A stretch of 55,034 nucleotides of DNA, counting the filler, from Sphacelaria rigidula (lineage: Eukaryota), in NCBI GenBank assembly GCA_964200075.2. It is 5 parts of 5 records of this genome, joined end to end, with 100 filler letters (N's around TTAATTAATTAA, not from the genome) between each part and the next. Parts side by side here need not be neighbours in the genome. Positions count along the whole stretch, not along the records: positions 33,083 to 44,008 come from CAXNAA020005663.1; positions 44,109 to 55,034 come from CAXNAA020005664.1; 3 more parts are not named here. One strand, 5' to 3'. This document shows, one piece after another, positions 35,330 to 48,300 of the stretch (within the stretch, counting starts at the first letter, position 1; each line of letters begins with the position of its first letter). The translations under genes and the position numbers were made by a program. The notes beneath the pieces are model-generated. The model saw only the letters and a program-made list of their open reading frames with translations, did no database searches and was not told the origin of the DNA.

Positions 35330-38300
35330 TTGATTGATGGGTTGATTGATTGTCGCACCATAACTGATCTCCAAGGGGTCCGGGTGTAGTCGCATGATAG
35401 ACGTACCCAAGAAAAGGAAAAATGAAACACTCGCTGAAGGAAAGAGGGAACAGAAAAAACGTCGAACAGAACGACACAGGAGACCAAGACGTTAAAAAAA
35501 CAACAGCAATAATATGAAAGAATCAACAAAAACAAAGCACAAAAAGATATGGCCGATCTGAAACAAAACAGAAAATGAGAAGAAAAGAAAAGAGCAAATA
35601 AACTAAATTCAAACAAAATGAAATCATGAGAAAAAAATCCCAAAGGGCTTCAGGGGAGCCCAGTAGATACAGACACACACCAGTGGGCACCGCACAGCCA
35701 CCGACTGAGGATATAATCAACAACCGATATGAGCAGACAGGCATCTTCGATTGGTAGCCCTCGACGCAGCAGCCTCTCGCTTGTGATGGCGGTCTGATTC
35801 TCGTTTGTCCGCGCGTCGCCACGTATCCTCAAACTCTTCCGCTCCTTTTTCGACTCTAATATGCCATTTTCCCATGTTCTTCGCCGCGGTGACCCAATCG
35901 TATGCATCGTCAACCTCTATACCGTAGACGAACCATTTCCGTCGGGCACCTCTGTGCGGGACAGCTCCTAGCGCACGTATGTTCTCCTGTAGGGTATCCT
36001 CCCATTGCCTGGGGGGGGCGGCCGACCGCCTTGGGTCCTCGTGTGGGAAGCCGGCCGTTCATGACGCGCTTGGGGAGGCGTGCGTCCTTTTGCCGGGCAA
36101 GGGCTCCCGCGAACTAGGGCTGACGTCTGCGGATAGTCTTCTCGATACGTTCGCAGTTGGTCTCCTCGAGCACCGCTCTGTATGAAAGAGTCTGGTAGCG
36201 ATTTCGGTCTTTTTCGCGGAATCCAACCACTCGCAGCCAGAGCTTGTGATGGGTAGTCCGCAGACTGTCAAAGTCCTCAGAACGTAGCGTCCATGTGGCA
36301 TACCCATACAACCGAGATTGTACCACCTCCGCTTTAAGCAGTCGAACTTTGAAGGATAGCTCGGCGTTGGGTCGGTCGTAGAGTTGGGAGCTATCTTTTC
36401 GGATACGCGCCTACGCCGCGCTGATACGGCGGTTGATTTCGGTGGACATTTTGGCACCTGCGCTGGTCATCACTATTACGACCTTCATTCGAGCAAGGCC
36501 TTCTGCGGTCTTAGAGGCTATGCCGGCGTCGTCCGCATAAAACATTGCCCACATCGCACGTCGCACCTTTTCCAGTGGTGTCTCTTCCACGGGTTCACCA
36601 CCTTCACCTGTTTGCGCATTATCCAGAAAACCATATCTGAGACGATGACTGGGTCCATCGCAAACCGCTGAACAATCACTTCCACCAAGCCTGCTCCACA
36701 GATGTTGAGCAGCAGCGGAGACGAAAGGCAACCTTGTCTGAGTCCCTGGCAGACGTGAAACCACGCTGATAGTTCGCCACTATCTAGCTGTACCCGAGCT
36801 CGCATGCCGTCATGAAACATATGGATGATCGCGATAATTCGCAACGGGACTCCGAACCGAGCAAGCACTTCCTTCGGGAGCGTGCGGCCAACAGAATCGT
36901 AGTCTTTCTGCAGATGCATAAAACACATGATCATTGGGACGTTGCTCACCCGTCCCAATTCCTGGAGTCGGCTTACTACGAACATCATGTCTGTGGTCGA
37001 TCTTTGACGCCTATATCCACACTGCTCTTCCGGGAAGACCTTTGTTTCCTCACAAAAATCCCCGAGCCTTTTCGCTACGAGTTTGAGGAGAACTTCAACA
37101 GTATGTGCCACAAGTGGCATGCCTCTGTAGTTACTACACTGGGTCCTGTCTTGGTTTGAGTGTAGTACTGTGATGGTGACATCTTTGCATTCTTGCGGTA
37201 CCTCGCCAGATGTCCAAACCGCAGAGACGATGCTGTGGAAGTGTTACAAATTTTCCGACGCCTCCCCGTTAAGTCAAAGCTTCAGGATTTCAGCAGGAAT
37301 ACCATCCGGACCGGTTGCTTTGCCATTCGACATATCTCTCAGAGCCTCCTCAGTTTCACTTGGGCTTCTTGGGTCTCCTAGTAACAGCGCTATTGGTCAT
37401 TGAGCAATCTTCTCGATGACGGTGCGGTCGATAGTTGCCGATATAGCGTTCAGAAAAGTGGAGAAATACCGTTTCCATCTCCCCCTGATCAACCTTTGTT
37501 CCGCAGTAAATTGCCGTTCTCCTCTCGAATGTGCTGTTCACTATCGATTCGTCGTCCAGACAGGCTCCACCTTCCGTTGAGTTGTCTGTATTATTCCCTC
37601 ATGTCCCACGCTCGAGTATTTGTCTCTAGCATACACATCCATATATTGGTCCACCCCAACTTGGACAACCTCTTTGATCTTTTGGCATGCTGCTCGCAAT
37701 GTGGGCCATGCGAGTTTATCTCGAGATGACCCCAGTCTCACCGATGATCCCGCCCTCTCCCTCTGCATCCAGGCATGATCAGGTTCCGTTCTGATTTCAG
37801 CATCCTCGAATCACCCCGGTATATGTGGCTTTCGGGTCAGACGGGGTACCACCTTTTCAGCGGAACTCAAGACTACGTCGGCAAATTTCGTAGCCAGTGA
37901 ACTAACTGTATCACCAGGCATACTCTGTTTGAACTCGCTGATGATGAGCTGGGTGAGTTGCTCACGTCTGTCGGGGACATATACTAATGCCCGCCTGTCG
38001 ATCGGTGTACGCCAACTGGGATTCGTCTACGTGTTGTGTACAAAGCTACCAAGGAGCCGCACTGAGGCGCACACGATGTTGTGGTCAGAGGCCGGCGAGT
38101 TGGCGGGTTGAAGGTGGACGGTAATATTGCGAACAAGCCTGCAGTGATCTTGCCGTGTGATGATGTAGTCGATGCGTTTTTTGTCCGCGGGGTGATTCAG
38201 GACACCGTTGAACGTACGCGAGGCATTTTCCTTGGGGATGGAAAAAACGTGTTGACCAGGAAAAATCTGCTGTCGCCTGCAAATTGCATTACAGATGTGC

Positions 38301-39326
38301 CGTTACTGTCGTTGGATCGGGAGTCTCGTCCGCATGCTCCTACAATTTTACGTTCCTCCTCGCCTGTTGGTACTCCAGTCCTCGCGTTAGCATCCATTAA
38401 AATATATACATTATGTTTGTGGGGGATATGGTTCATAATGCCGTCTGACTCAGTCCAGAACACATTTCTCTCTTCTCCTGAATGGGAGTGTCTGTCTGGG
38501 CGTACGCGACTACAAACGTAGCAGCATTTGATTTACCCGCTAGGTTGAAAGTCATCGACATGAGGCGTTCGCTGATGAGTGCCTGAGTCCACGTCGCCGT
38601 GCTGATGATCGACTCCTTGACCGCCATCCCAACCCCATGTTGACCAGCCCTTCCCTTGCCCTCCTCTGCCCCGGAGCAAAAGACACGGTATCCCGCCGCA
38701 CAAAGTTCAGATCGGCCTGGTCTCCTGGTTTCCTGTAGCCCGATGGCGTCACGTCGGATTGCCTGACATTTGAGTAGGACCATTCCAGCATGGCCAGCTC
38801 TTTCCTTCCCCGTGAGGGACAGTGTACGGACGTTATAGGTAGCCACTGTGAGCTCCCCACCACGTGTCCTAGCTTTCGTCTCCTCTATAATCACGCTTCT
38901 TGCCCTTTGCTCTGCTCTCCTCTTTGGTCTGTTCCGCCTTCTAATTTTACAAGCGAACCTTTTGTTCTGTCCCGATTTTCCTTTGGACGTCTATCACAGC
39001 CCTTGCCTTGCTTGTTGATCTCACGGGGAGGGTGCAGCCTTCCCATCCCGGGTCGGCCGCTATCTCCAGTCCGCCAAATCTGATTCTCACTCTCCCGTGC
39101 CCCATCTCCATCAACGTGCTTCCCGTGACAGTGTCTCAACGTCGGCTAAAACGCTGCAGCTGCGGGGTTCGGTTTGGTTCCCATTCTAGGGTAGAATTCC
39201 GAAGCTGCAGGATTGAGCCTGGACGTTAGCACCGTCGGCATGACCCACTACCTAGACTGTGTTGCATCACCACTGACCTGACACGCAGGCAAGCCGGTAT
39301 GTTAACTTACCCTCCCTTACTTACTG
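35330..39326 (-). mobile_element. Decayed near-full-length RTE-type LINE (APE endonuclease + reverse transcriptase) with (AATC)n-like 3' tail; 5' boundary approximate
   Basis: APE: VATYNVRTL, IGLQET, HGVG, ERLM, VVAYA, MDANARTG (38197-38894). RT: PEEQCGYR, STTDMMF, GLRQGC, YADD (36411-37120). YGYATWTL (36114-36326). Multiple frameshifts; tail at 35330-35352; matching 3'-end fragment at ~44417-44530. Confidence 0.92.
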
Positions 39327-39681
39327 GTTGTGTTATCGATGGGGGGTGTCTACCCCGACACAACGATGGTCGGGGGGAAGGGAAGGTGATTATTTAGCAA
39401 CAGCGTCAAGCAGCAGAGGCAATGTTTTGTGTTTCAGCGAGAAATATGACGTGGAGCGAAACGCTGCCCGTGCTGATGAAAGGAAAAACGAAAGGCTGCG
39501 GAACGCTGCCTGCGAAAACGAAAGGCTGCTTGCGCGAAGGGCTGCCAGTGCTGCTTGACGATGAGCGATAGCGTAGTCCCAAAATCACACGACTCCCTAG
39601 TCGGCAGCGATTCTACCTGAGGCATAGACAGCCAGCGAGATACGAGTGAGGCGACCAAACGTCGAAAGCAGCATCACCTCG

Positions 39682-39862
39682 GCAATGCGTCGGAGGACCG
39701 CGTCGTAGTTCAAAACATCCCAGGATCGACGTTTTTCGAAATCAATCGGGCCAGTAGGGACCACGCCCCTGACCCCAACCCTAACCCCAACACTAGTCCT
39801 GACCGTAGGGACGTTCAAACTCCGTTGCGGTCCCCCAAGCACGCGGTCCTCCAACACACTGC
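39682..39862. mobile_element. MITE with ~22-bp TIRs and internal degenerate telomere-like (CCCTAA)n
   Basis: ggaggaccgcgt (39692) and acgcggtcctcc (39841) form a perfect 12-bp core; cccctgaccccaaccctaacccc inside; second copy ~43520-43748. Confidence 0.7.
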
Positions 39863-39882
39863 AGGTAGTGTCGGCATGAGAA

Positions 39883-40431
39883 ATGTGGAGTTTAGCAGGC
39901 ACGCTACGACACATAGCTACCGTTGTAAGGCCAGGGAAATGCTTCGTATGTAGACTCATATTGTTTCTGGTACAGACGGCAGGAACCATGAGAGTTCTGA
40001 TAAAGCACGGGGAGCAGCGGGTAACCCTATCATCGGAGCTTCACCACGACCTGGCATGTTGGGAGGAGGCAATCAAGCATTATCTAGGAAGGCAGGATAT
40101 ATCGTTGTATTCACCAATGTTCGGTTATATATCACGATCGGTACCGAGACACTGTGTTTCGGATACGCCATCGCGAGATATAGGCGGGTACTGCACTGAG
40201 ATCGCAGTTGGGTGGTGGTTTGACCTGAGACACAACGAGTACGCACGGACACAAGCAAGTCGGCAAGACTGCCAGAACAACGCAATTGATATTTATTTGC
40301 AAGAACTTTTGGGAGTGGTAATGACTGCATGAACAACCATAGTCCAGGACGCCTGGCCCACGGCAGAAAATGGCCACGCGCATTTTGAGGGACATAACGC
40401 AGCCACAGTCTCATGGGTCGACCGTTGCGGG
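39883..40431 (+). mobile_element. DIRS/Ngaro-like (tyrosine-recombinase retrotransposon) RT-thumb/RNase H relic
   Basis: SLAGTLRHIATVVRPG, HHDLACW, VSDT..DIGGYC, QELLGVVMTA and, after disruption, GHNAATVSWVDRCG; resembles the SDAS/ELL/DN RNase H motifs of this group. Confidence 0.62.
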
Positions 40432-43400
40432 TCACACGAAATCCACTACCAGCGGCGTTCACCTTCAGACAGCGGGCGTCGCCTCTGAATAATTCCACCG
40501 GCTGACAGTCCGGAAACTTCCAGGGGTTCCTAGTGGGCGAGGGACGTGCTTTTTGTTGAGAAACCCGTTGGCTCCTGAGCTAGAAAGCCAGCGTTGCCTG
40601 ACTAGCTCAGCAATCAATCGGTATCTTAACAAAAACTAAGTTCGGTGGATCCGACGCATGACCCCGACCACCCATGCCCCAGAGTTGCTATCCCTGTAAC
40701 CAACGCTGTTGTTTAGTTCAACCGGTAGACTTCGACCGCACCCGGTGCTCAACGTTGAAGTCAGGTTCCCTGGCTTTTTTTTATTTCTTTCGACCGCACC
40801 CACGCGACATCGAAGAATATTTTCAGTCGCACAGGGATTCGAAACTCGGGGTGCGAGGATCAAGGCTCGCGCTGAAGGCGGGAAAACAAGACACTGTTCG
40901 TTGTCTGCAAGTATACGAGGCTCATAAGCTGAGAGGAAAAGCTGCACGTACCTATACCTGAGGTGTAATGCTGCTGTATATGCCTTCCTTGGGACTCGTG
41001 TGTATGCTTACGGGACTCGCTGTCGTCAGCTGGAGTAGAAGAGGTTCAGGCAACAACAGCTCACGAAGACACTCGAGCCCTGAAATCAGCGACAACGAAT
41101 CGTTATCATCCACGGACAAAGCACACAGGCGTCAATCATCACTATATCAGACATTTGATCAAGGAAAACGCGGTTCTAGTAGTGAAAAATTCCAAAGGAC
41201 AAACAGAGGGCGGACCCACTCACGAAATCACTGTGACTATTAAAATTTGTTGAAGCAAGACGGACGTTGATGCGATTTCAAGTAGTTGCAATTAAATCAT
41301 AATTATTTTTCGAAAGGAAAAAATGAATGCTCAGTCTCGAGAGGAAATATTGACGTGTACGTGCACTGGTGCGAGACTGTCAGGCATTAGCCGCGGTTTT
41401 CGTATGGATACAGAAGCTTTATTTCTTACAGTTACATGTGTGCAATACGGCGTAACTATCTGAAGTGAAATTTTTGTATGTGAGCGTATATAACGAATAA
41501 TTCAGTCTTATGTTTCCAGCTTCTTGCTTGGGCGAGAAACCTCCCCACGAGCCCCAAGGCAGGCATATACATCGCCAGTACACCTGAAGTGTCACTAGGT
41601 GCAGTTTTCCCTCTCACTATTCAGGGGCTTGGTGTCTGTCCACAGATCAGCCGGAGAGCTCACGAAGTCAACCACGCGTGCTGAAGTTTTCCCGCGGAAG
41701 ATTCTAACCCAGGAACGAGACCTGAGAGGCGCGAAATGACCATTCTGGTCAATCACGACCGTCAAAATGATCACTTTGTTCGCCTACAGGTGGATTACTT
41801 CGCTGCCTGTAATAGCTGTTTTTTTCATTTGGGTCCTGGCAACCACAGATCACATGGGCACGAATGACGTGCTTTTTACTCTGCTCGCGATGTATACTGT
41901 CTGCCTGGCCCCTCATGTGTCGCCAGTATAGCTTCACACTGTCGGCAGTGTTGTTGTGGAACACTAGGTAGAAACATCAGCAGCATGAATTATACTGTGT
42001 TCAGTGGAGATCGATGGCACGCTGACCGTTGCTGTTGTATCTGGCGGAGACATACACACATCCAGACTCTACGCGCAGTAGGCTGTAGGGTCAAAACTGG
42101 TCATAGGGCTTCTCCGCGGTTATTTTATATATATATATATATGCCAAACATCCACATGTTCATGACAAAGTCTTTGTAGCGAGAAAGAGGGTACATAACG
42201 AAAAATTGAGTCCGCCTGCGGGGGGGGGTCGCTGTCCAAGGGTTAATGCGTTTGCTCGGGACTCTCGAACTGATGGGAGGGTGGTGTCACCAGGTACGCC
42301 ACATCGCACGTATCGAAAATCTTATCGCCGACGGATCATCTCGCTGCCGGCATAGTGAAGTCCCGTCGGAACTGTACGCCATACACATACCCCTATGTTG
42401 GCAGGAGGCGAGTTTGGGCGAGTAGGGTGCGACAATTTGTCCCGATTCCTTGCGGACGTTCACCAAAACGTCGGAGTTGCACCATCGACTTTGTCCACTT
42501 CATTAAACGGGGGTTGGATATTGTGCGAACAGTGGAGGGAGAAGGGCGTCGACAGAGAGAGATTCATCTAGATCCAGCCACAGGGAAAAGGCGATGGCGC
42601 AGAAGTTGGCAAACTTTCACACCCTGTACAATATGTAGTCAACAGAAGCAACAGACCAAACTGTGCTGGGTCAACTGTAGGCCTATTGAAACTATCGTCG
42701 ATCGAGTTACCAATGACGCACTACTATTCACGGGCAGAAAAGACGGGCAGAAGTAAAGAGAGCGCACGAAAAGAGAGTGTAGTCATGATCATGCATGTCA
42801 CAGTCATCAGACCATTGACCTCGAATCTCTACAAAGCCGGGACGGAGCACGCCGCGTGTTCGCCGGACCAGGTACTCAATCACCAAGCGCGAAGTGCCGT
42901 GGTGTGTTCGGCGGGTCGCACGAAGGGTGAGCTGCATTCTGCCAAGATTGTTCGTCCCGAAGCCTACTGACCATCTTGCATTTGAATGACAACCTCCAAT
43001 GAGTTGCGTTATTTTCTGGTATCGCCACTTCCAGAGATAGCCATGGTTAATACACTGCCTCATGGGTATCTCACCATGTAAACGCTACGTAGTTCGATCA
43101 TCCCCACTGTGCCGAGGTGAGGTGTCCCACGTCGCACAACATGATCTAGCTCGACTACCTTCATAGTTACCGCAAAACAAAAGCAGGCGCGCAAAAAAAC
43201 ACGGTAACCTGGTTGCCTAGCTTACGCAATGAGTGGCGTGTTTCATAGCGTCATCGCCAACCGATGCCAACCCCATCGGGGGTCCGCCCCTACAAAGCCG
43301 GGAAGGAGCACGCCGGGTTCTCGCCGGACCAGGCCGCGAGGGGGGGGGTACGCGTGAAGCGCCCCCTACTATGGGTCATGTTGAGGCAAGGGCACAGTAA

Positions 43401-43519
43401 TATTTCCTCGCGGGTCGTACATGAGTGGCGCAACGCATTTGGCCGCGGTAGGCATTGTGCCAGTAGTGAGTAAATCAGCGTAAATTCCGTCGGCATAGTA
43501 GTAGAATCTATCATGCGTG

Positions 43520-43748
43520 AGAGGACTGCGTGCCTAGAGGACCACATCGTAGTTCGCAACACCTAAGGGCCGACGTTTTCAAAAACAATCGGGCCGGTGC
43601 CTGCAAAACCACGCCCCTAACCCTAACCTCAACACTAACCCTAACCTCAACCTTACCCATATATTGATTGATTGGTTGATGGATTGATTCATGGGGATGT
43701 TCAAATTCCGTTGCGGTTTTATAAGCACGCCGTCCTCTCATGCATTGT
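43520..43748. mobile_element. Second telomere-repeat-containing MITE
   Basis: gaggaccacatcgtagttc...accacgcccctaaccctaacctcaacactaaccctaacc...ttcaaattccgttgcggt...gtcctc. Confidence 0.68.
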
Positions 43749-44008
43749 AGAGCCTTTACGGAGTAAATACCAAAGTTTTTGTCAGATTGAGAGTAGAGGA
43801 TACGATTGAGGACGTATATTAGCACTTTTTGTTTCGATCGAAAAAGTGCGATCGAAAAATATTGCCATTGAGGCCCTTGCTATCCCTGAGTAGGATATCG
43901 ACGTGTAGCTGTAAGCACACGCCAGTACTAGAGACAAATAACAGCCAATCCTAATTTTTGGGGTTGAAACAAAATATGAGGTTGAAGTCCCATCCCTCCA
44001 TTGCAGGG

Positions 44009-44108
44009 NNNNNNNNNNNNNNNNNNNNNNNNNNNNNNNNNNNNNNNNNNNNTTAATTAATTAANNNNNNNNNNNNNNNNNNNNNNNNNNNNNNNNNNNN
44101 NNNNNNNN
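44009..44108. other. Artificial scaffold linker
   Basis: Same structure. Confidence 0.97.
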
Positions 44109-45312
44109 CAATGGTCTGATGACTATGGCATGCATGATCATGAGTACACACCACCCCCTTCCCGCCTATCGTTACTCGACCATTTTACTGTAGAAATTCC
44201 AAGGTCCACCCTCGCGAGGAGTTGGTCGCTTCGGAGCTGAGCGCTAAACACCCTCGAATGGGCCCTACTTGAATCACCCTGATGAAAAGCTGCTTTGATG
44301 GAAGCAATCCTGCCCTACTTGAATCGCCGTGATGGAAGCAATGTTGCATGACACCATGCCCGTGCGATTCAGCCGGTACATCGTGAAGCCAGCGGGGGCG
44401 TAACATCAAGGGTTCTGATTGATTGATTGGTTGATTGATTGACGCACTTTAACTTATCACCCATGGGTCCAGCCGTGGTCGTATGATGAACATACCCAAG
44501 AAAAGCAAAACTGAAACATTCGTTCAAGAAAACGAAAAGTTATAATCCTGACATATGCTTATACAAGAAAATAATTGTTTTTTGGCTGAAAATGATTTTG
44601 ACTTCCGTCGTTGAAGACGTGCAGACTTGAGTCGCGAAGGACATTTGATATGAGAGTCGACTCGGTGCGAGAATGCCACAGTAGTGCAGTCCGCGACACC
44701 AAATATTTCGCAACATGTACGGGGGGACAGAGGACAGATGGGTTGATCCCTTGAGACTACCTGCTTGTCCCGAGCAAGACGAGGGTTTGCAGGTACGAAA
44801 ACAAAACAAACAAAAAAGAAGATATAGGGACTGGAACCACGGGGGTACACGGTATGTTGTCATTGAGATGTGGTGGTGTTGGGCAAGGGGAGAAAGACTG
44901 GCCAGCTCAGAACACAGCCTCTTTAGCACCTCACACACAAACGTGCCAGCTTCTTGTACAAGTCATACTCTACAGTGATGCCGTCGACCCTCCTCTTCGC
45001 CCACGAGACTTATTTTGATTCAAACCCCTGGTCAGTTTCAAACTTACTTTGTGCTGTGTACCTATCCCTCATCCCAAAATGGGCGGGAAAAGCCTTGCGC
45101 GCGGGACGTGGTTTGGGACTGCTTGCGAATTGACATCGGGCCTGATACCGGCGTCACAGATGAGCCGGCGGTACGCAAGCACCTTCCGGAAAAGGAGGTC
45201 TTGCGCTCGAAGGGTGAATGCAGTCCCGTCCCCTACCGCGCTGCTTTGCTCCTCTGTCGACGATGCCAACGATATTTACTCCTTCGCTTCCTACGGTCTT
45301 GGACGATGACAG

Positions 45313-45396
45313 GCGAGCGGCGTCGTGTTTCTATCGGAGTGGACACGGTGCAGCAGCCCAGCATTATTTTCCTCGACGAGCCCACTTCGGGACTAG
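45313..45396 (+). CDS. ABCG exon: signature end and Walker B (GERRRVSIG...IFLDEPTSGL)
   Basis: cag|GC...CTAG|gtacgt. Confidence 0.93.
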   Translation, partial: ASGVVFLSEWTRCSSPALFSSTSPLRD

Positions 45397-48300
45397 GTAC
45401 GTGTCATTGTAGCGGTCGGCGGCGATACCGGAAAGCAACAAGCAGGGTAACGGCTCTATCCGTTGGCTGGGAGTGGTGAGAGCGCCTGTAGCCTCGTTTT
45501 TTCTCCCCTTACCGAGACGACGACCGTGCGCGTTCGTGACCCCGGAAAATTGCTTTGATTGTGGACGGTGGAGAGGTCTCGTTGACGCTTGACTTTAGCT
45601 GCGTATACGCAAGGAAAGGCCTGTTGTTGAGCCTGACGTCGTGCCGGATATGTTCCTGCTGGGAGGGAAGTTGCGTTACAGGAAGGATTCGATTAATTGA
45701 TGATCGATCCGGTTCATTGTCGCACGTTGAGCTTAGTTCCGCAATAACACTGACCATAATCCAGCCGCAACATCTGAAATATGCACATCTACATGCGTGT
45801 ATGTGTTTTGTTTTTCGTTTCCTCTAGTGCAAGTGTTTTCGATTTGTTGACCTTGGGTACGTCGATCTCGTGACAAGGGATGGGTCCTTCGGAGGCGAAT
45901 TCATGCACGACAGTCAATCAGATAATGAATACATCAAATATGGACGTGGCCGGAAATGGGATTCCCGTTGGCGCAGATACGGCGCGTACAATCTTGCCTC
46001 TGCATTGGCACGGTCATTCTCCACAAAACAAATGCAACGTTCTCTTGAAAACGTTTTCTTTTGTCATTTACGAGGGTGCTTTGTTTGTGCAGGCTCTCTT
46101 CCTGGTGAACGAATTGAAAGCTTTACTCAGTGGACGGAAGTTCCCCCTTCGTTGTCAGACGGGAGATGAGGGTATCATCTGCCGCGTACGGTACATGTAC
46201 CCCTGCACGTTTTGTTTCTGTGAAAGAAGCACCACAGGTGCACCAATGACATCGTGCCGGGATGAGCAGAATTCCACCTGTTTTAACCCTTTTTCCACGT
46301 GTGTTGAAGTTTGGCGAGTTGTAAGAGTTCGTCGAGTTAGGGTCAGTGTGAGTAAATCGCCAAACATGGAGGGACAACAACATGGACGAACAAACCACGA
46401 CTCACAAAGCTATGGAGGTAGTACAGCGTCCTGCGAAATATCGTCGTCAGATTTCATCATGTCCGCTTGTCTCTTGCCTTTCCGGAGTGGGATCGATGTC
46501 ATCGGGGTCGTGTTCTGCACGGTCTACCCGGAAGTGAAGACTTTTGGTTGGCATACGAAGCTATACCGGAGCGTGTACCGAACGATCCGGTCTGGTCAGG
46601 CAGGGTATCGAGCGTTGTTTTGAACAAGCCGGTCGTTGTTATGTTTTTTGGCGTCGCACTGTGCACAAAATATCATCGCCACCAACAGTGGTTGTGATGA
46701 CTTCTTTTCCCACCGATTTGGATTGATGGTATTGTTGTTGCCTTAGGTGGTAAATGACCACTCAAAGCGTGATTGTCGCAGATTGACTGGGTGACTACGA
46801 AGCCAGCCATATTCACAAGACATTCGCTGCTCAGGGCAGATATAAGGAACATTCGCTAAAGAGAACTCGAAAGAGTGGAGAAAATGAAAAACAAAAGAAG
46901 TAAGGAGGACGTGGGCAAAAAATACAGAGCTGAAAACAAGACGAAACAGAAAGAAATGTCATGTTGCCCCATCAATTTCGTGTTTTCTTATTAGACCTTG
47001 AGGTCATGATATGTTATGTTTTCCACGACTTCACGTGAGAAGGATCATTTTCTGTTTTTTTTCCAACGGAGAGATTTCGCTTGTGTCCCACAGGGCACGT
47101 AGCCACATTTCTCATGAGCCGTGCGCCAGAACCTTCAAGTTGGGGAAAAAGCGAGGGGGGGGGGTGTTACGCATTCTCTCATGCCGTTCTCCATCTCGCA
47201 ATTATATCGCCTTTCATCCAGAAAAAGATGAATAATTCCTGAGCGCTACCTGGGCCGTAAGAAAACTGTTCAGGCTGGAAACAATGTGATTGTTATTCTT
47301 CCTGCTCGCAAAAATTCGGCAGGGCGGGGTGGGGGGGGGGGCTGGTATGGTTCCTGGAGAAAAAACTGTAAGCCCTGTTACATTTCCTGATAAGTCGATG
47401 TTTTAATTGTGGTACCACATGAGGAGGATCATCATTATCGTCATCGCCATCGTCATCGTCATCATCATCGTGCTGGCTAGTGTGTCGTTCACCTGGTCTT
47501 GAATTTCGACATAGTGTTATGTTCCTGTCGTTGGGTCACGTTTGCAATCATCACCGTTGGCACAGTCATCATCATGCCCTATATTTTGTCTCTCCGTCTC
47601 ATCTTGGATCTGGACGTCGTGTTGTGAAATGTGTGTCGCGTCACATTACAGACTCCACGACAGCGCTGACGATCGCAGAAACGCTGTCGGAGGTGTGCAA
47701 GCGCAACCGCACTGTGGCCATGACGATCCACCAGCCCTCTACGCGCGTGCTCGACGTGTTCGACAAGGTCATGTTCCTCAGCCGAGGCCAGATGGTGAGT
47801 GCCCGCCGGTTCTACACCAAACACTCAAGAGTTCTACACACATGCGTCGGAGGCAAATCTCGTCCTGTTCCACTTCGCTGCGACAAAGGTACTATGAAGG
47901 AGGGCGCAGGGCAGCAGGGCGGGTTTGATTTTGTTTTTCAGGGATAATTCTAGTCCTTCCCCTCCCCGTCCTCAGGACGAGTCCGTGGTCACAAGCGATG
48001 GAACTCTTCTCTCCTCCGGTACACGCCTTGCATTCTGGTATTGGAGATTGGGTCGTGACTATCAGCACTCCCGTACCGCGTCAACTCTCGTCAGACGGAA
48101 TCAAGTCAAACACAATATTTTTGCTATCCACGACCTGATATGCTGGAGGGAAAACCTGAGCCCTTATGGCGGGAATCAAACCCGCGTTGTTACCACCCTA
48201 ATGGTGCCACTTTTTACCATTTTAATTTAGACCGCCGGGGCGCGCGGGGTTCTCGAATGCATGAAACCGAAGGGGTTCACGGATGTGTGTCAACAAGATG

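Noticed and set aside
43614..43652. True telomere
   Set aside because: Short, degenerate, internal to a repeated element and not at a scaffold end
45880..46623. 247-aa ORF inside an ABCG intron
   Set aside because: Non-ATG start, no recognisable motifs, composition typical of a chance ORF
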